A stretch of 63,332 nt of DNA, counting the filler, from Octopus bimaculoides (Eukaryota), in the NCBI RefSeq assembly GCF_001194135.2. It is 4 parts of 3 records of this genome, joined end to end, with 100 filler letters (N's around TTAATTAATTAA, not from the genome) between each part and the next. Parts side by side here need not be neighbours in the genome. Positions count along the whole stretch, not along the records: positions 28,805 to 46,247 come from NC_069002.1; positions 46,348 to 55,808 come from NC_068991.1; 2 more parts are not named here. The stretch is one strand, 5' to 3'. This document shows, piece by piece, positions 40,305-50,710 of this stretch (the first letter of the stretch is position 1; each line of letters begins with the position of its first letter). The notes below the pieces were generated by a model, which was not told where the DNA came from, made no database searches, and saw only the letters and a program-made list of their open reading frames with translations. Made by a program: the position numbers and the translations under genes.

Positions 40305-40450
40305 GCTCCGACTGTAAAACAAAGCTGGAGCTGTTCAAGACATTGGTCCGATCAGTATTATTCTATGGATGTGAAAACTGGAAGGTGACAAAAATGGAAG
40401 AAAAAAACAATGGGCAGCTTCCAACTCACATGCTTTAAGGAGAATACTTG
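40305..40450 (+). mobile_element. RTE LINE ORF2 C-terminal fragment
   Basis: KTKLELFKTLVRSVLFYGCENWKVTK...LRRIL matches the RTE post-RT motif (K.KL.+F...V.SVLLYG.E.W). Confidence 0.8.
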
Positions 40451-40523
40451 ATATCAAGTTCCTGCTACTGCTGCTGCATCATAATCATCATCCTCATCAT
40501 CATCATCATCATCACTACTACCA

Positions 40524-40602
<79 letters not shown>

Positions 40603-41277
40603 TCTGAAACATCAGATGTGGTGTGCAAGAGAGACAACTGTGCTGGTATAGTCATATGTTGTGTATGGATGAGGACAGCTGGTGTTAGGAAGGGTGTCCA
40701 GCTGTAGAAACCTTGCCAAATCGGATCGGAACCTGGTGCACCCCTGACTTACCATTTTTCAGTCTATATACATATGCCTGAGGTAGGCACAAGTTTGCTT
40801 CTCAACCACATGGTTTCACTTTCAGTCCTACTGTATGGCATCATAGGCAAGTGTTTTCTGTTAAAGCCCCAGGCCAACCAAAGCCTTTTGAGTGGATTAA
40901 GTAGACAAAAACTGAAAGAAGCCCACTGTGTATGTATGTAGCGTATGTTATGTATGTATGTACGTTTGTGGGCACATGTATGTGTATGCCTTTGTCTTGA
41001 CACTGTGTGAGAGTTGTAAATGAGTGTCACTGTTATACAAGCAGTGTCATTCGCTTCCAATATTCAGCGCAAACATGTCTAGCAATGGGGGAAAATTTTA
41101 CCTTTGTTTGGAAACAGGTGAGGGTTGGTGACAGGAAGGGCATCCAGCCATAGAAAAATATTTTACTCTGCATAGAGAAGCGGACATTAAGAAGAAGAAG
41201 ATGATGACGACGACGATGCAGCAGCAGCCACATTTGTATTCTACTCTCTCTCTTTCTCTTTTTTCTAATTTTTGCAG

Positions 41278-41395
41278 CTGCAGCAGAAGGAGCCTCTCTC
41301 TCCTTGCATAGTTATGATGAATTAAAACCTCAGTCCAAACAAAAACCGAAAGTGGAATTAGCATGCTACACCGACCATCTAGAAGCATTTGAAAA
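41278..41395 (+). CDS. LAP3: Leucine aminopeptidase exon 5
   Basis: Long polypyrimidine tract plus tgcAG, GTGAG donor, phase 1 to 2. AAAEGASLSLHSYDELKPQSKQKPKV resembles AAAEGAVLGLYEYDDLKQKKK. Confidence 0.93.
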
Positions 41396-41763
41396 GTGAG
41401 ATATTTAAGAGTTTATTCACTTGTCTAATGTCTCTCTGTGACCATATAATTGTTAAACATAGGATCCTTATTTATTTCGGAATGGAACCAAACAACGATA
41501 CTGTCAGAAACCTAATGTATGTGACTTCTTTCTTCAATGGGTTCTTTTGTTTTTTGTGCTTGTTTTTTGGTAATAAGAAAGGCACAGGCATAGGTGTGTA
41601 TGTAACAAGTTTGCACCCAAATCTATCTCTTCTTTGCTTTTCTTTAAACTGGTAATTCTTTATTTCCTGAAATCTCTTGAAATTGTGAAATGACGTCACC
41701 TAAAGTTTTCACATTTTCTACAGTAGAACAGACCATAAAAATGACTGTAACAAAATAAGAACA

Positions 41764-41802
<39 letters not shown>

Positions 41803-41990
41803 TTTAAAATGCAGAGATGCCTATAATAGGACATCTAACCCGCTAGAAATAGCAGCAAAAGACTACATACCACAAAATTAGGGATAATTTCGAAAGGGAA
41901 TGAAAAATAAAAACATTTACCAATCTATATTCTGTACCATGGTTTCAAGTCAATTTTAGTAAGATAAAAATTATATATCTTACAAGGTCG

Positions 41991-42025
<35 letters not shown>

Positions 42026-42112
42026 CATACATGTGTGTATATATTTATATATGTGTATGTATATATATATATCTATATCTATATGTATACATACTTACAT
42101 ACAATACATACA

Positions 42113-42330
42113 CATGAGAGGGTGCTGAAAAGTTCCTGGCTTTGGGTAAAAGAAAATACAGGAAGATCAGTTAATTATGATTTCATTCAACATATTCCCC
42201 TTTCAGATTCACACACTTATTGCAAAGGTCCTTCAGTTTTTCTAAGCCCTGTAAAAGAATTTGGAAGATTGGGTCTCCAACCAGGCCTTTTTGCATGCTC
42301 TTAAAGTCACAAATGTTTCAGTATCCCTTT
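42113..42330 (-). mobile_element. Partial copy of the same mariner MITE family
   Basis: GAGAGGGTGCTGAAAAGTTCCTGGCTTT...GGAAGATCAGTTAATTATGATTT is the reverse complement of the right end of 60548-60763. Confidence 0.75.
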
Positions 42331-42337
42331 ATATTTT

Positions 42338-42386
<49 letters not shown>

Positions 42387-42522
42387 NNNNNNNNNNNNNN
42401 NNNNNNNNNNNNNNNNNNNNNNNNNNNNNNNNNNNNNNNNNNNNNNNNNNNNNNNNNNNNNNNNNNNNNNNNNNNNNNNNNNNNNNNNNNNNNNNNNNNN
42501 NNNNNNNNNNNNNNNNNNNNNN

Positions 42523-42885
42523 TCATTTGACTGTGGCCATGCTGGAGCACCACCTTTAGTCGAGCAAATCGATCCCAGGACTTATTCTTTGTAAGCCTAG
42601 TACTTATTCTATCAGTCCCTTTTGCCCAACTGCTAAGTTACAGGGACATAAACACACCAGCATCGGTTGTCAAGTGATGTTGGGGGAACAAACACAGACA
42701 CACAAACACACACACACACACACGACAGGTTTCTTTCAGTTTCCGTCTACCAAATCCACTCACAAGGCTTTGGTCGACCTGAGGCTATAGTAGAAGACAC
42801 TTGCCCAAGGTGCCATGCAGTGGGACTGAACCCGGAACCATGTGACTGGTAAGCAGGCTACTTACCACACACCCACTCCCACGCC
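42523..42885 (-). mobile_element. SINE family A
   Basis: Reverse complement of 36345-36755. Further partial copies at about 21925, 22670, 27400, 31160, 40210, 40790, 46560-46975, 49700 and 59660. Confidence 0.8.
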
Positions 42886-43150
42886 TATATATATATAAAA
42901 TTAAACTAAGTGAAGAGTAGACTGTAAGGTATAATGTTTATTCCATTGGTTTACAATTGTTTCAGCATGTTGAGGTAGCCAATCAAACATGTCTATATAC
43001 ATTGATGATAACAATGATTTAGTCATGCATATTATGTAATGTATATTACATAATAGCATCAGAAATTGTGAAGCAATTGAATAAAGTAAATATATATATA
43101 TATATATATATATAAATTTCTGATGGCCATTTCTTCTGCATTTATTCCAG

Positions 43151-43309
43151 AACTTCCTTTATAGACCAATGGCACATAGGTGAAGTCTATGCTGATGCCC
43201 AAAACTTTGCCAGACTACTCACAGAAATGCCAGCAAATATACTAACTCCTACAAAATTTTCTGAAATGGTTATTGATAAACTTTCAAGTTTTTGTCAGAT
43301 TGTAGCCCG
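43151..43309 (+). CDS. LAP3: Leucine aminopeptidase exon 6
   Basis: ttccAG acceptor, GTAAGT donor, phase 2 to 2. QWHIGEVYADAQNFARLLTEMPANILTPTKFSE resembles AWQKG...GQNLARQLMETPANEMTPTRFAE. Confidence 0.95.
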
Positions 43310-43384
43310 GTAAGTGATTTCCTTGTGTATATATATTTTAATATTTTCTGAGACTTGTACTTTGTCTAGTGTTGATGAGTGTGG

Positions 43385-43625
43385 AAGCAAGTAGCTTAGT
43401 GGTTAGGGTATTGGGTGCATGACCATAAGAGTGTGGTTTCAATTCTTGCACCAGGCGATGTGTTGTGTTCTTGAGCAAAACATTTCATTTCACGTTGCTC
43501 CAGTCCACTCAGCTGGCAAAAATGAGTAAACCTACAACAGACTAGCGTCCTATCCAGGTAGGAAATATATACGCCATGGAAACCAGACAACCGGCCCTTA
43601 TCAGTCAGTATGGCTTGAGAAGGTG
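43385..43625 (+). mobile_element. tRNA-derived SINE, family C
   Basis: TAGCTTAGTGGTTAGGG...GGTTTCAATTC...TCTTGAGCAAAACATTTCATTTCACGTTGCTCCAGTCCACTCAGCTG. Related copies at about 2760-2960 (-), 5775-5900 (+) and 14530-14745 (-). Confidence 0.7.
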
Positions 43626-44066
43626 ACTTTTTCTTTCTTTAGTCTTGATGAGTGATGGTGGTGGAGTGTTAAGGAAGGTGGTATTGTATGTCTGGTGTGT
43701 ATGGAAGATTATCAAAGAGTGAAGGGTAAGTATCCACTGTACTGTTTATGTACAGAAAGAAGAACTCGAAGGATGTAGTGAAAACCCCTTGGCACTATTT
43801 GATAGTTTATGGAGCAAAAAGAACTCCAGTGGCACTAGATTGGAGCAGCCTGGTAACAAATAGAATTCTGGTCTTTGAAATGAAAATAGAAGGAAGCTCA
43901 TAAATGGGTAACGTTGCAAAATACAAGTTCCTTGTTTCAGACCATAACTTTTCTTTCACTAAATGATTCCTTCTGTTGTGTATCTTAAAAAGTTAAAGTT
44001 TTTAATAATGAAACCAGCTGTATGAATATATGGGAAAGAAAACGTGTGAAAATGAAATGTGAATAC

Positions 44067-44104
<38 letters not shown>

Positions 44105-44157
44105 TATTTACATATGTATATGTGTATATATATATGTGTGTGTGTGTATATATATAT

Positions 44158-44345
44158 GGGACAATGTACGAAAAAAAACAACAACAGACGAGGACAGATG
44201 GTGTAAACAACAAAAGGATGTATTAGTTTGACGGTCGGGAATACGGAAAGTCTTTGACGTTTCGAGCTACGTTCTTCAACAGAAAGAATACGGAGAAAAC
44301 AAGGAGAAAAACACGGAGAAAAAAAATTGGGAGAAAAGAGCGTTG
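44158..44345 (-). mobile_element. Penelope-like terminal-repeat family with hammerhead-like motif
   Basis: Minus strand 44251-44287 reads TCTTT-CTGTTGA-A-GAAC-GTA-GCTC-GAA-ACGT-C-AAAGA. Confidence 0.55.
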
Positions 44346-44436
44346 TAGTTTGTTTGAAGCATTGTAATATCGAAGAATGTAAAAAAGAGAGAAAATAGAC
44401 AGCTTCTGACAACGCAGAAAATTAAATATATATGTG

Positions 44437-44481
<45 letters not shown>

Positions 44482-44829
44482 GGCTCAAAGTCCCATCTTC
44501 AGAAGAAAGGAAGAGTCTAAGAAAAATCCAGCTATGTAGGATCTGTTAATCCATTCTGGGGAGTTTGAATGGATTTGTCAGCAGCCTCATGGCTGGCCAC
44601 AGACAGACTTTTCTGCAAAAATATGGCTAGTTTATTCTGTTCATGCTATATCATTAGCATTATCCTGCATTTGAGAATAAAATTATTTCCTTATCTGTGT
44701 CTTTCAATACATCTCAACGCTTTTAAAGCAAACTTTGTCTGTTGACTTTCAATGTAAATTGAATTTAACATATATTTAACATATATATATATATGTGTGT
44801 GTGTACATGAATTAATTCTGATTTTGCAG

Positions 44830-44988
44830 AGACCAGGCATGGGTTGAAGAGCAAAAAATGGGTGCATTTCTGTGTGTGAGCCAAGGCTCAGGTGAACCAC
44901 TTAAATTTCTGGAGCTCAGTTACAACAACAGCTCAGACAAATCTGCTGCTCCTATTGTATTGGTTGGCAAAGGGATCACCTTCGACAC
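44830..44988 (+). CDS. LAP3: Leucine aminopeptidase exon 7 (start of catalytic domain); gene truncated by scaffold end
   Basis: ttgcAG acceptor, GTAAGT donor. WVEEQKMGAFLCVSQGSGEPLKFLELSY...PIVLVGKGITFDT contains the M17 signature VGKGITFD (first metal-ligand Lys and Asp). I found no exon encoding GGISIK/ADMGGAA/NTDAEGRL downstream. Confidence 0.96.
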
Positions 44989-45208
44989 GTAAGTCATTTA
45001 GTTTTGTCGTTATTAAGTAATTAATATTTCAAGTTTGAGGTCCCTGGGATGAAAGGTGGGGAGTGCTATTGAGTGAGGTGCCACTAAGCATTATGTCTGA
45101 TTCTGCCAGTAGCACGTAAAAGCACTCATTACATTCAAGGCCTTTCAAGTGTTGGGCCTCACAGAGGCAATGACCAAGACCTTTGGCATTATATCCATTG
45201 GCATAATG

Positions 45209-45270
<62 letters not shown>

Positions 45271-46247
45271 CATCATCATCATCATCATCATTTACCGTCC
45301 ATTGTCCATGCTGGCATGGTTTGGACGGTTTGACCAGGCTGGAAGGCTGTACCAGACTCCAGTCCGATTTGGCATGGTTTTTTTATAGCTGGACGCCCTT
45401 CTTAATGTTAACCACTCCGAGAGTGTAAAGAGTGCTTTTACATGCCACTGGCATGGGTGCCATTTGCATGACAATGGGGTGCTTTTACATGCCACTGGCA
45501 TGGGTGCCATTTGCGTGACAATGGGGTGCTTTGACGTGCCACTGGCATGGGTGCCAATTTGCATGACACCGGTATCTGCCATAACTGCATTTTTGCTTGG
45601 CTTGATGGGTCTTCTTCTCAAGCACGACATAATGCCAAAGGTCTCGGTCATTGCCTCTGTGAGACCCAACACTCGAAAGGTGTTCTTTAATGGTTCCAAA
45701 TTTTGGCACAAAGCCTGCAATTTTAGAGGTGGGGGAGAGTCGATTACATCAACTCCAGTATTCAGCTAGTACTTATCTTATTGATTCAGAAAGGATGAAA
45801 AGTAGAGTTGACCTTGGTGGAATTTGAACCCCTAAGCATTTTGCCTGGCATGCTAATGATTCTGCCAGCTCATTGCCTTAATACATAAAGCACGATGGGC
45901 CACGATTGTGGTCATCAGGTACAGGTCAACAGGCCATGATTGTGACCCAGATAGATGCATTAATTTATGGGCATTTGTTGGGGTCTAATGTCACTCAAAC
46001 GCTCTGATACCCCCCCCCCCCAAAAAAAAAATGTAATAGGACTAATAGTTCAACTAATGACTTTTCAGATGATGTAAAACTTGCCACCATTATATTACTA
46101 AGAAGATATTTGAACTATTTTTGGTTTTTTATGGGTGCATGGTAGTCTCATTTTCATAAAATGTTCCCAGCAATCCATGTTATGTAAGTGCAAATCCCAG
46201 CGCTTTATGGGTTAATAAAAATAATAATAATAATAATAATAATAATA

Positions 46248-46347
46248 NNNNNNNNNNNNNNNNNNNNNNNNNNNNNNNNNNNNNNNNNNNNTTAATTAAT
46301 TAANNNNNNNNNNNNNNNNNNNNNNNNNNNNNNNNNNNNNNNNNNNN
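46248..46347. other. Artificial scaffold-joining spacer
   Basis: Identical 44N-TTAATTAATTAA-44N structure. Confidence 0.95.
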
Positions 46348-46540
46348 GCGGGTGACACGTAAAAGCACCCACTACACTCTCTGAGTGGTTGGCGTTAGGA
46401 AGGGCATCCAGCTGTAGAAACTCTGCCAAATTAGACTGGAGCCTGGTGTTGCCATCCGGTTTCACCAGTCCTCAGTCAAATCGTCCAACCCATGCTAGCA
46501 TGGAAAGCGGACGTTAAACGATGATGATGATGATGATGAT
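46348..46540 (+). mobile_element. SINE family D 3' part, (GAT)n-tailed, RTE-partner type
   Basis: GTTAGGAAGGGCATCCAGCTGTAGAAAC...CCATGCTAGCATGGAAAGCGGACGTTAAAC(GAT)n. Related copies at about 35710-36030, 40630, 41040-41215, 45280-45690 (-, with an internal triplication of about 47 bp) and 47340-47560 (-). Confidence 0.75.
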
Positions 46541-47054
46541 ATATATATGATATATATCTGTGTTTATCTCTTTGTGTCCTCCATTGCTTGATATTTGGTG
46601 TTGGTTTGTTTATGTCCCCGTAAGTTAGCAATTTGGCAAAAAGAGAATAAATGCTAGGCTCAGAAAAAAATGCCTGGGGTCAATTTGCTTGACTGAACAT
46701 TTCAAAGTGAGGCCCCGACAGTCTAATTAGTGACTGAAAGAAATAAAACATAAAAGGTGTGTGTGTGATGTGTATGTGTCCCACTACAGCTTGACAACCA
46801 GTACTGGTTTGTTCACATTCCCATCACTTGACAGTTTAGCAAAAGAGAACTGATAGAATAAATACCAGACTTAAAAATAAGTGATGGGTCGATTTATTCA
46901 ATTAAACTCTTTTGAGGTAGTGCCGCAGCATGGCCACAGCCCAAGGACTGAAACAAGTATTAAAAATAAAAGATAAGTCTGTTTATTTAGAGCTTTTCAG
47001 TTGCTAAACAATATCAATGAAATGAAATAAAAAAAGAAAGTCAAAGACACTGAC

Positions 47055-47238
47055 ATTCCAATGCAAAATAGAACGTGGAAATAAGGCGCAGGGTCCAAAT
47101 ATGCGGATATTGTTGTTTAGTTTGAAACCATAAGGACTGTACGCTTCCACCATAATTCCAGAATCTTCTTCTTTGTTAAGCATGCTAAGACTTGATGGCA
47201 TGTAAGCTAATTCATCATCAAAGAAACGAATTTGCTGC
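47055..47238 (-). CDS. NDUFAF3: NADH dehydrogenase 1 alpha subcomplex assembly factor 3 (Mth938-like), internal exon
   Basis: Minus strand: polypyrimidine tract plus caacAG acceptor, GTCAGT donor, phase 2 to 0. QQIRFFDDELAYMPSSLSMLNKEEDSGIMVEAYSPYGFKLNNNIRIFGPCALFPRSILHWN resembles human DDELYQRTRISLLQRE..MYIDSYNSRGFMINGNRVLGPCALLPHSVVQWN (recalled). Confidence 0.88.
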
Positions 47239-47899
47239 CTGTTGAGATGAAAATACAAAAGAAATATATTAGACATCATCATTTATAAAGTATCAAGGAA
47301 ATACAGGTGTCAGTCGAATCAACTACAAAGATTCATCATCACTACCATTTAATGTCCATTTTCCATGCTGGCACTGGTAGGATACTTTTGACAGGAACTG
47401 CCAAGTTAGAAGATTGCGCCAAGCTCTGCTGTCTGTTTTGGCATGGTTTCTATGGCAAGATGCCCTTTCTAATGCCAACCAGTTTACAGAGTGCACTAGG
47501 TGCTTTTTATATAGCACCAGCAACAGTGAGGTAACCAAGTAGCTTGCAAGACAAGACTCAAAATGGTTACAAGACAGACAAAAAACCCTTTCAAAGAAAA
47601 GTTTTCAAATGAAGACAACTACACAGAAAGTAAATTGAAAAAAAGAAAAAACAAAAGGTTTGCTGAAAGGCTCACACACTCTTTAGGAAAAAAAAAGAAA
47701 ATACATATCTCTGGACAATAATACTAATATAAACAATTCTAGTGACACAACAAAAGACACAAATGTATTTTGCCAATCAAAAATATTGTCAATAGTATTA
47801 ATGGCAAAGGACACAAATTTGCTAGCATGCTGGTCACAGGGAGGTTTTGAACATGGAAGGAATCAAGAAATAGGAAGTGTGGACGTGAAACATCACAAA

Positions 47900-48800
47900 A
47901 GGCATGTCTCTTAGCTTGAAAAATTTATCCAAGAAAATATAAGAAGGAAAATGACATACCACTGCCTCTTGAAAAGAACAAATAAATTACGCTTTGTCTG
48001 ATGTATAAAGAAATGTGCTCTCTGTTGACTACAGCAGGATATATGGGAGTACTTTCCTGGTTTATAAGGATGAGGGTGAGGCACGGTGACAGGCTAACTT
48101 GGTGCAACATACATAACCCATGTGTTCATACCACAAAGATTATGGTCAGGGACACTGACTATGAAATTAACTCCTAGATTGTTGACATCTTTGCAGCATC
48201 ACATGGGCAAGTGGGGAAAGCAGAGATAAATAAAAATATGGGGTCAGGAGCAGTCAGTATGGACATACAGATCTTAATGACTAACACAAACTACAGAACT
48301 AATCTAGAGCAAGGCCTTGTCAAAGCAATAAGATTACTGGTATAGTGCAGAAAGTTGCTCCTATATGTATGACAGTAAGTGGTAGTTGAGGGCTGTCTGC
48401 ATTGAGAAACAGAAAAGGTCCTAGAACTTGCTGTTACAATAGCACTGCCAGCTGTAAGTTTGAAGCTTGTGAAAAAGCTAAAACTAATCTCATCCTCAAA
48501 CCCAGAAGCTGATGAGGTTGAAGGCCTCCACCTTCCAGTAGTAACATCCCATCTTCTTGTGATGATGTAGAGCAAATAGAGGCTGGAAAAGAATAACAAG
48601 TGATCACAGAGGAAAAATAAGATGGGTGAGCTGAAGCAGAAGATGTGTAGGACACTGGAAGAGGAGCCTTCACCTATAGTGTTGCTCAGTATCATATTGA
48701 TCCAAAAGTAAAACAATGTGATAGCTCAGTTTGATGTACGAGTTGGAGGAGAATGAACCATTCACCTGTAATGCAGTAATAACAGCATTCTACTTGTCTT
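47900..48800 (+). mobile_element. Highly decayed LINE (endonuclease-linker region?)
   Basis: Raised GC and coding-like complexity with many stops. Only scattered motifs (GDRL, HLLV, KIRW..LK) reminiscent of RTE endonuclease and linker. Confidence 0.3.
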
Positions 48801-49069
48801 AGTCCAGTGTCATCTCAACAGAGATTAAATACCCTAAGATTTAACTGTAGATTTTAATCTTCTTTCCTCTGTCACAGATAATACTTACTGCAAGAATACA
48901 CCCAGCCCTCCTCATCCATTTGTATAATGAAGCAACAGCATAGTTTCCTTTCCACAGATTAACCAGTGAACTTAGTTTATACCCTTGTATTTTCCATAGC
49001 AAAATAGAATAAGAGAAAAGTTTTTGACTAGTGAGAGGATTCCAATTCCAGGCTGAAGCCAATTTCACC

Positions 49070-49432
49070 TTATTACCTCCGCCTTAGCAAAGGCAGAGGT
49101 ATTGTTTTCAGTCAGGTTTGTTTGTTTGACCATGGAAAAAGATATCTCAAGAACCACTAGATGGATTCGAATGAAACCTTTGGCTTCATGACTGGCATGA
49201 ACTGATTAGATTTGGGGATCAATCCAGTACCAGACAAGGATTTTGGATTATTTTTCCGTTTTTTTTTTTACATAATTTTTGAGAGCAATCGGGTTCATTT
49301 TTAGTATTCTCATATGTGAGAGCAGTCAAGTTTATTTCAGATATTCTCATTTTAAAAATCATCTTTGGCTAATCATTGAGAGGACGTTGATGTTGCCTTG
49401 GTGGAGGTTTGCGCTCTCTGAGTGCTCTTGTT
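49070..49432 (+). mobile_element. Non-autonomous Helentron/Helitron2 (HINE/DINE-1-like)
   Basis: 5' TTATTACCTCCGCC subterminal repeat, 3' CCTTGGTGGAGGT inverse copy, then a GCGCTCTCTGAGTGC hairpin and TT end. Confidence 0.7.
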
Positions 49433-50126
49433 TACAATGCTAATAAGCTAAGGGAAGGTATAAACATCACAACATCTCTGTCCCACTACTTCATATATAT
49501 TGTGATTAAATGAGGTAATATTTCACCCTGACAGGACATGTCTTCATAGATGGTTGGAAATAAAGAACACTGCTTGCATAATGGTAACACTTGCTTACAA
49601 CTATCATGCCAAGGTAAGGACACACACACACACACACATATATATNNNNNNNNNNNNNNNNNNNNNNNNNNNNNNNNNNNNNNTATATATATATATATAT
49701 ATATTTATATTTCTTTTACTTGTTTCATTCATTTGACTGCAGCCATGTGTGTGTGTGTGTGTGTGTTTGCCTCTGCTTCCACTTGGCAACCAGTATTGGT
49801 TTGTTTACGTCCCCGTAAATTAGAGAGTTTGGCAAAAGAGACAGAAAGAGTAAGTGCTAGACTTTAAAAAATAAGTCATGGGATCGATATGTTCGACTAA
49901 AAAAAAAATCCCTTCAATGTGGTGCCCTAAAACGGTCGCAGACCAATGACTACAACAAGTAAAAGGTAAGATTCAAAATGCTTTCTTTTTTCAAAGACTA
50001 CTAACAGCAACAACAGAAATAACGACAATATCCACACCATCATCACCCGACATAGTGAAATAAATATGCCAATAGTTATGTTAATAGTTGAACTGTTAGT
50101 TAAAGTATACAACAATGTTAAATATA

Positions 50127-50566
50127 TAAATATACCGAAGTATATTTGGCAGACGTAAAGAATGTGGACTGCACCCCCATCATCATCATCATCATCATTA
50201 TTATTACTATTACTATTACTATTATTATTATTATTATTATTTTACAGATTCCATTTTCGAGTACGGAGATTCTGCAAAAAAAAATTTTAATTCCCCCACC
50301 CCCAATTCTTCAATTTTCACTTTTTTCAGAAATGTTTTTTTGCGAAATACGTAGAAAAATACGGAGATTATTCTCGAAGAAGAATACGGAGATTAATTTC
50401 TGAAAAAAGTGAAAAATTGAAGAATTGTGGGGTGGGGAATTAACATTTTAAAACGCCCGTTTTTGTTTTTTTTTACAGAATCAGAAATCTCCGTACTTAA
50501 AAATGGGGCTTCTGTAAAAAAAAAAAGGAAAGAGGGTCCACATTCTTTACGTCCGTCGTATATTTA
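50127..50566. mobile_element. Foldback/MITE-like long inverted repeat
   Basis: GACGTAAAGAATGTGGAC (50152-50169) is inverse to 50536-50553. Inner arms 50287-50333 and 50396-50443 are also complementary. Confidence 0.85.
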
Positions 50567-50618
50567 TGTTTAAAGCAACAATTTTATTATATAAGTTAAA
50601 CACGAATCACTCAGAAAC

Positions 50619-50710
50619 CACAACCGCAGCCGATAGTTTGTTAAAAGCGGTTTGAGGTTCTTAACACGCTTCGCAATAATGGAGCAACAACTAGATATCA
50701 ATGAATTCAT
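50619..50710 (-). CDS. NDUFAF3: Tentative NDUFAF3 exon 1 (mitochondrial presequence-like)
   Basis: ATG at 50710 gives MNSLISSCCSIIAKRVKNLKPLLTNYRLRL(W): no acidic residues, R/K/S/L-rich. A phase-2 split TG|G fits the next exon, but the donor (GTTTCT, or GTTGTG six nt earlier) is weak. Confidence 0.35.

Noticed and set aside
45292-45720. 142-aa ORF with internal repeats
   Set aside because: Lies within a family D SINE with a triplication of about 47 bp.
44988-47238. NDUFAF3 as an antisense gene nested in a LAP3 intron, or a mitochondrial gene pair
   Set aside because: An artificial spacer (46248-46347) separates them, and no further LAP3 exons were found downstream.
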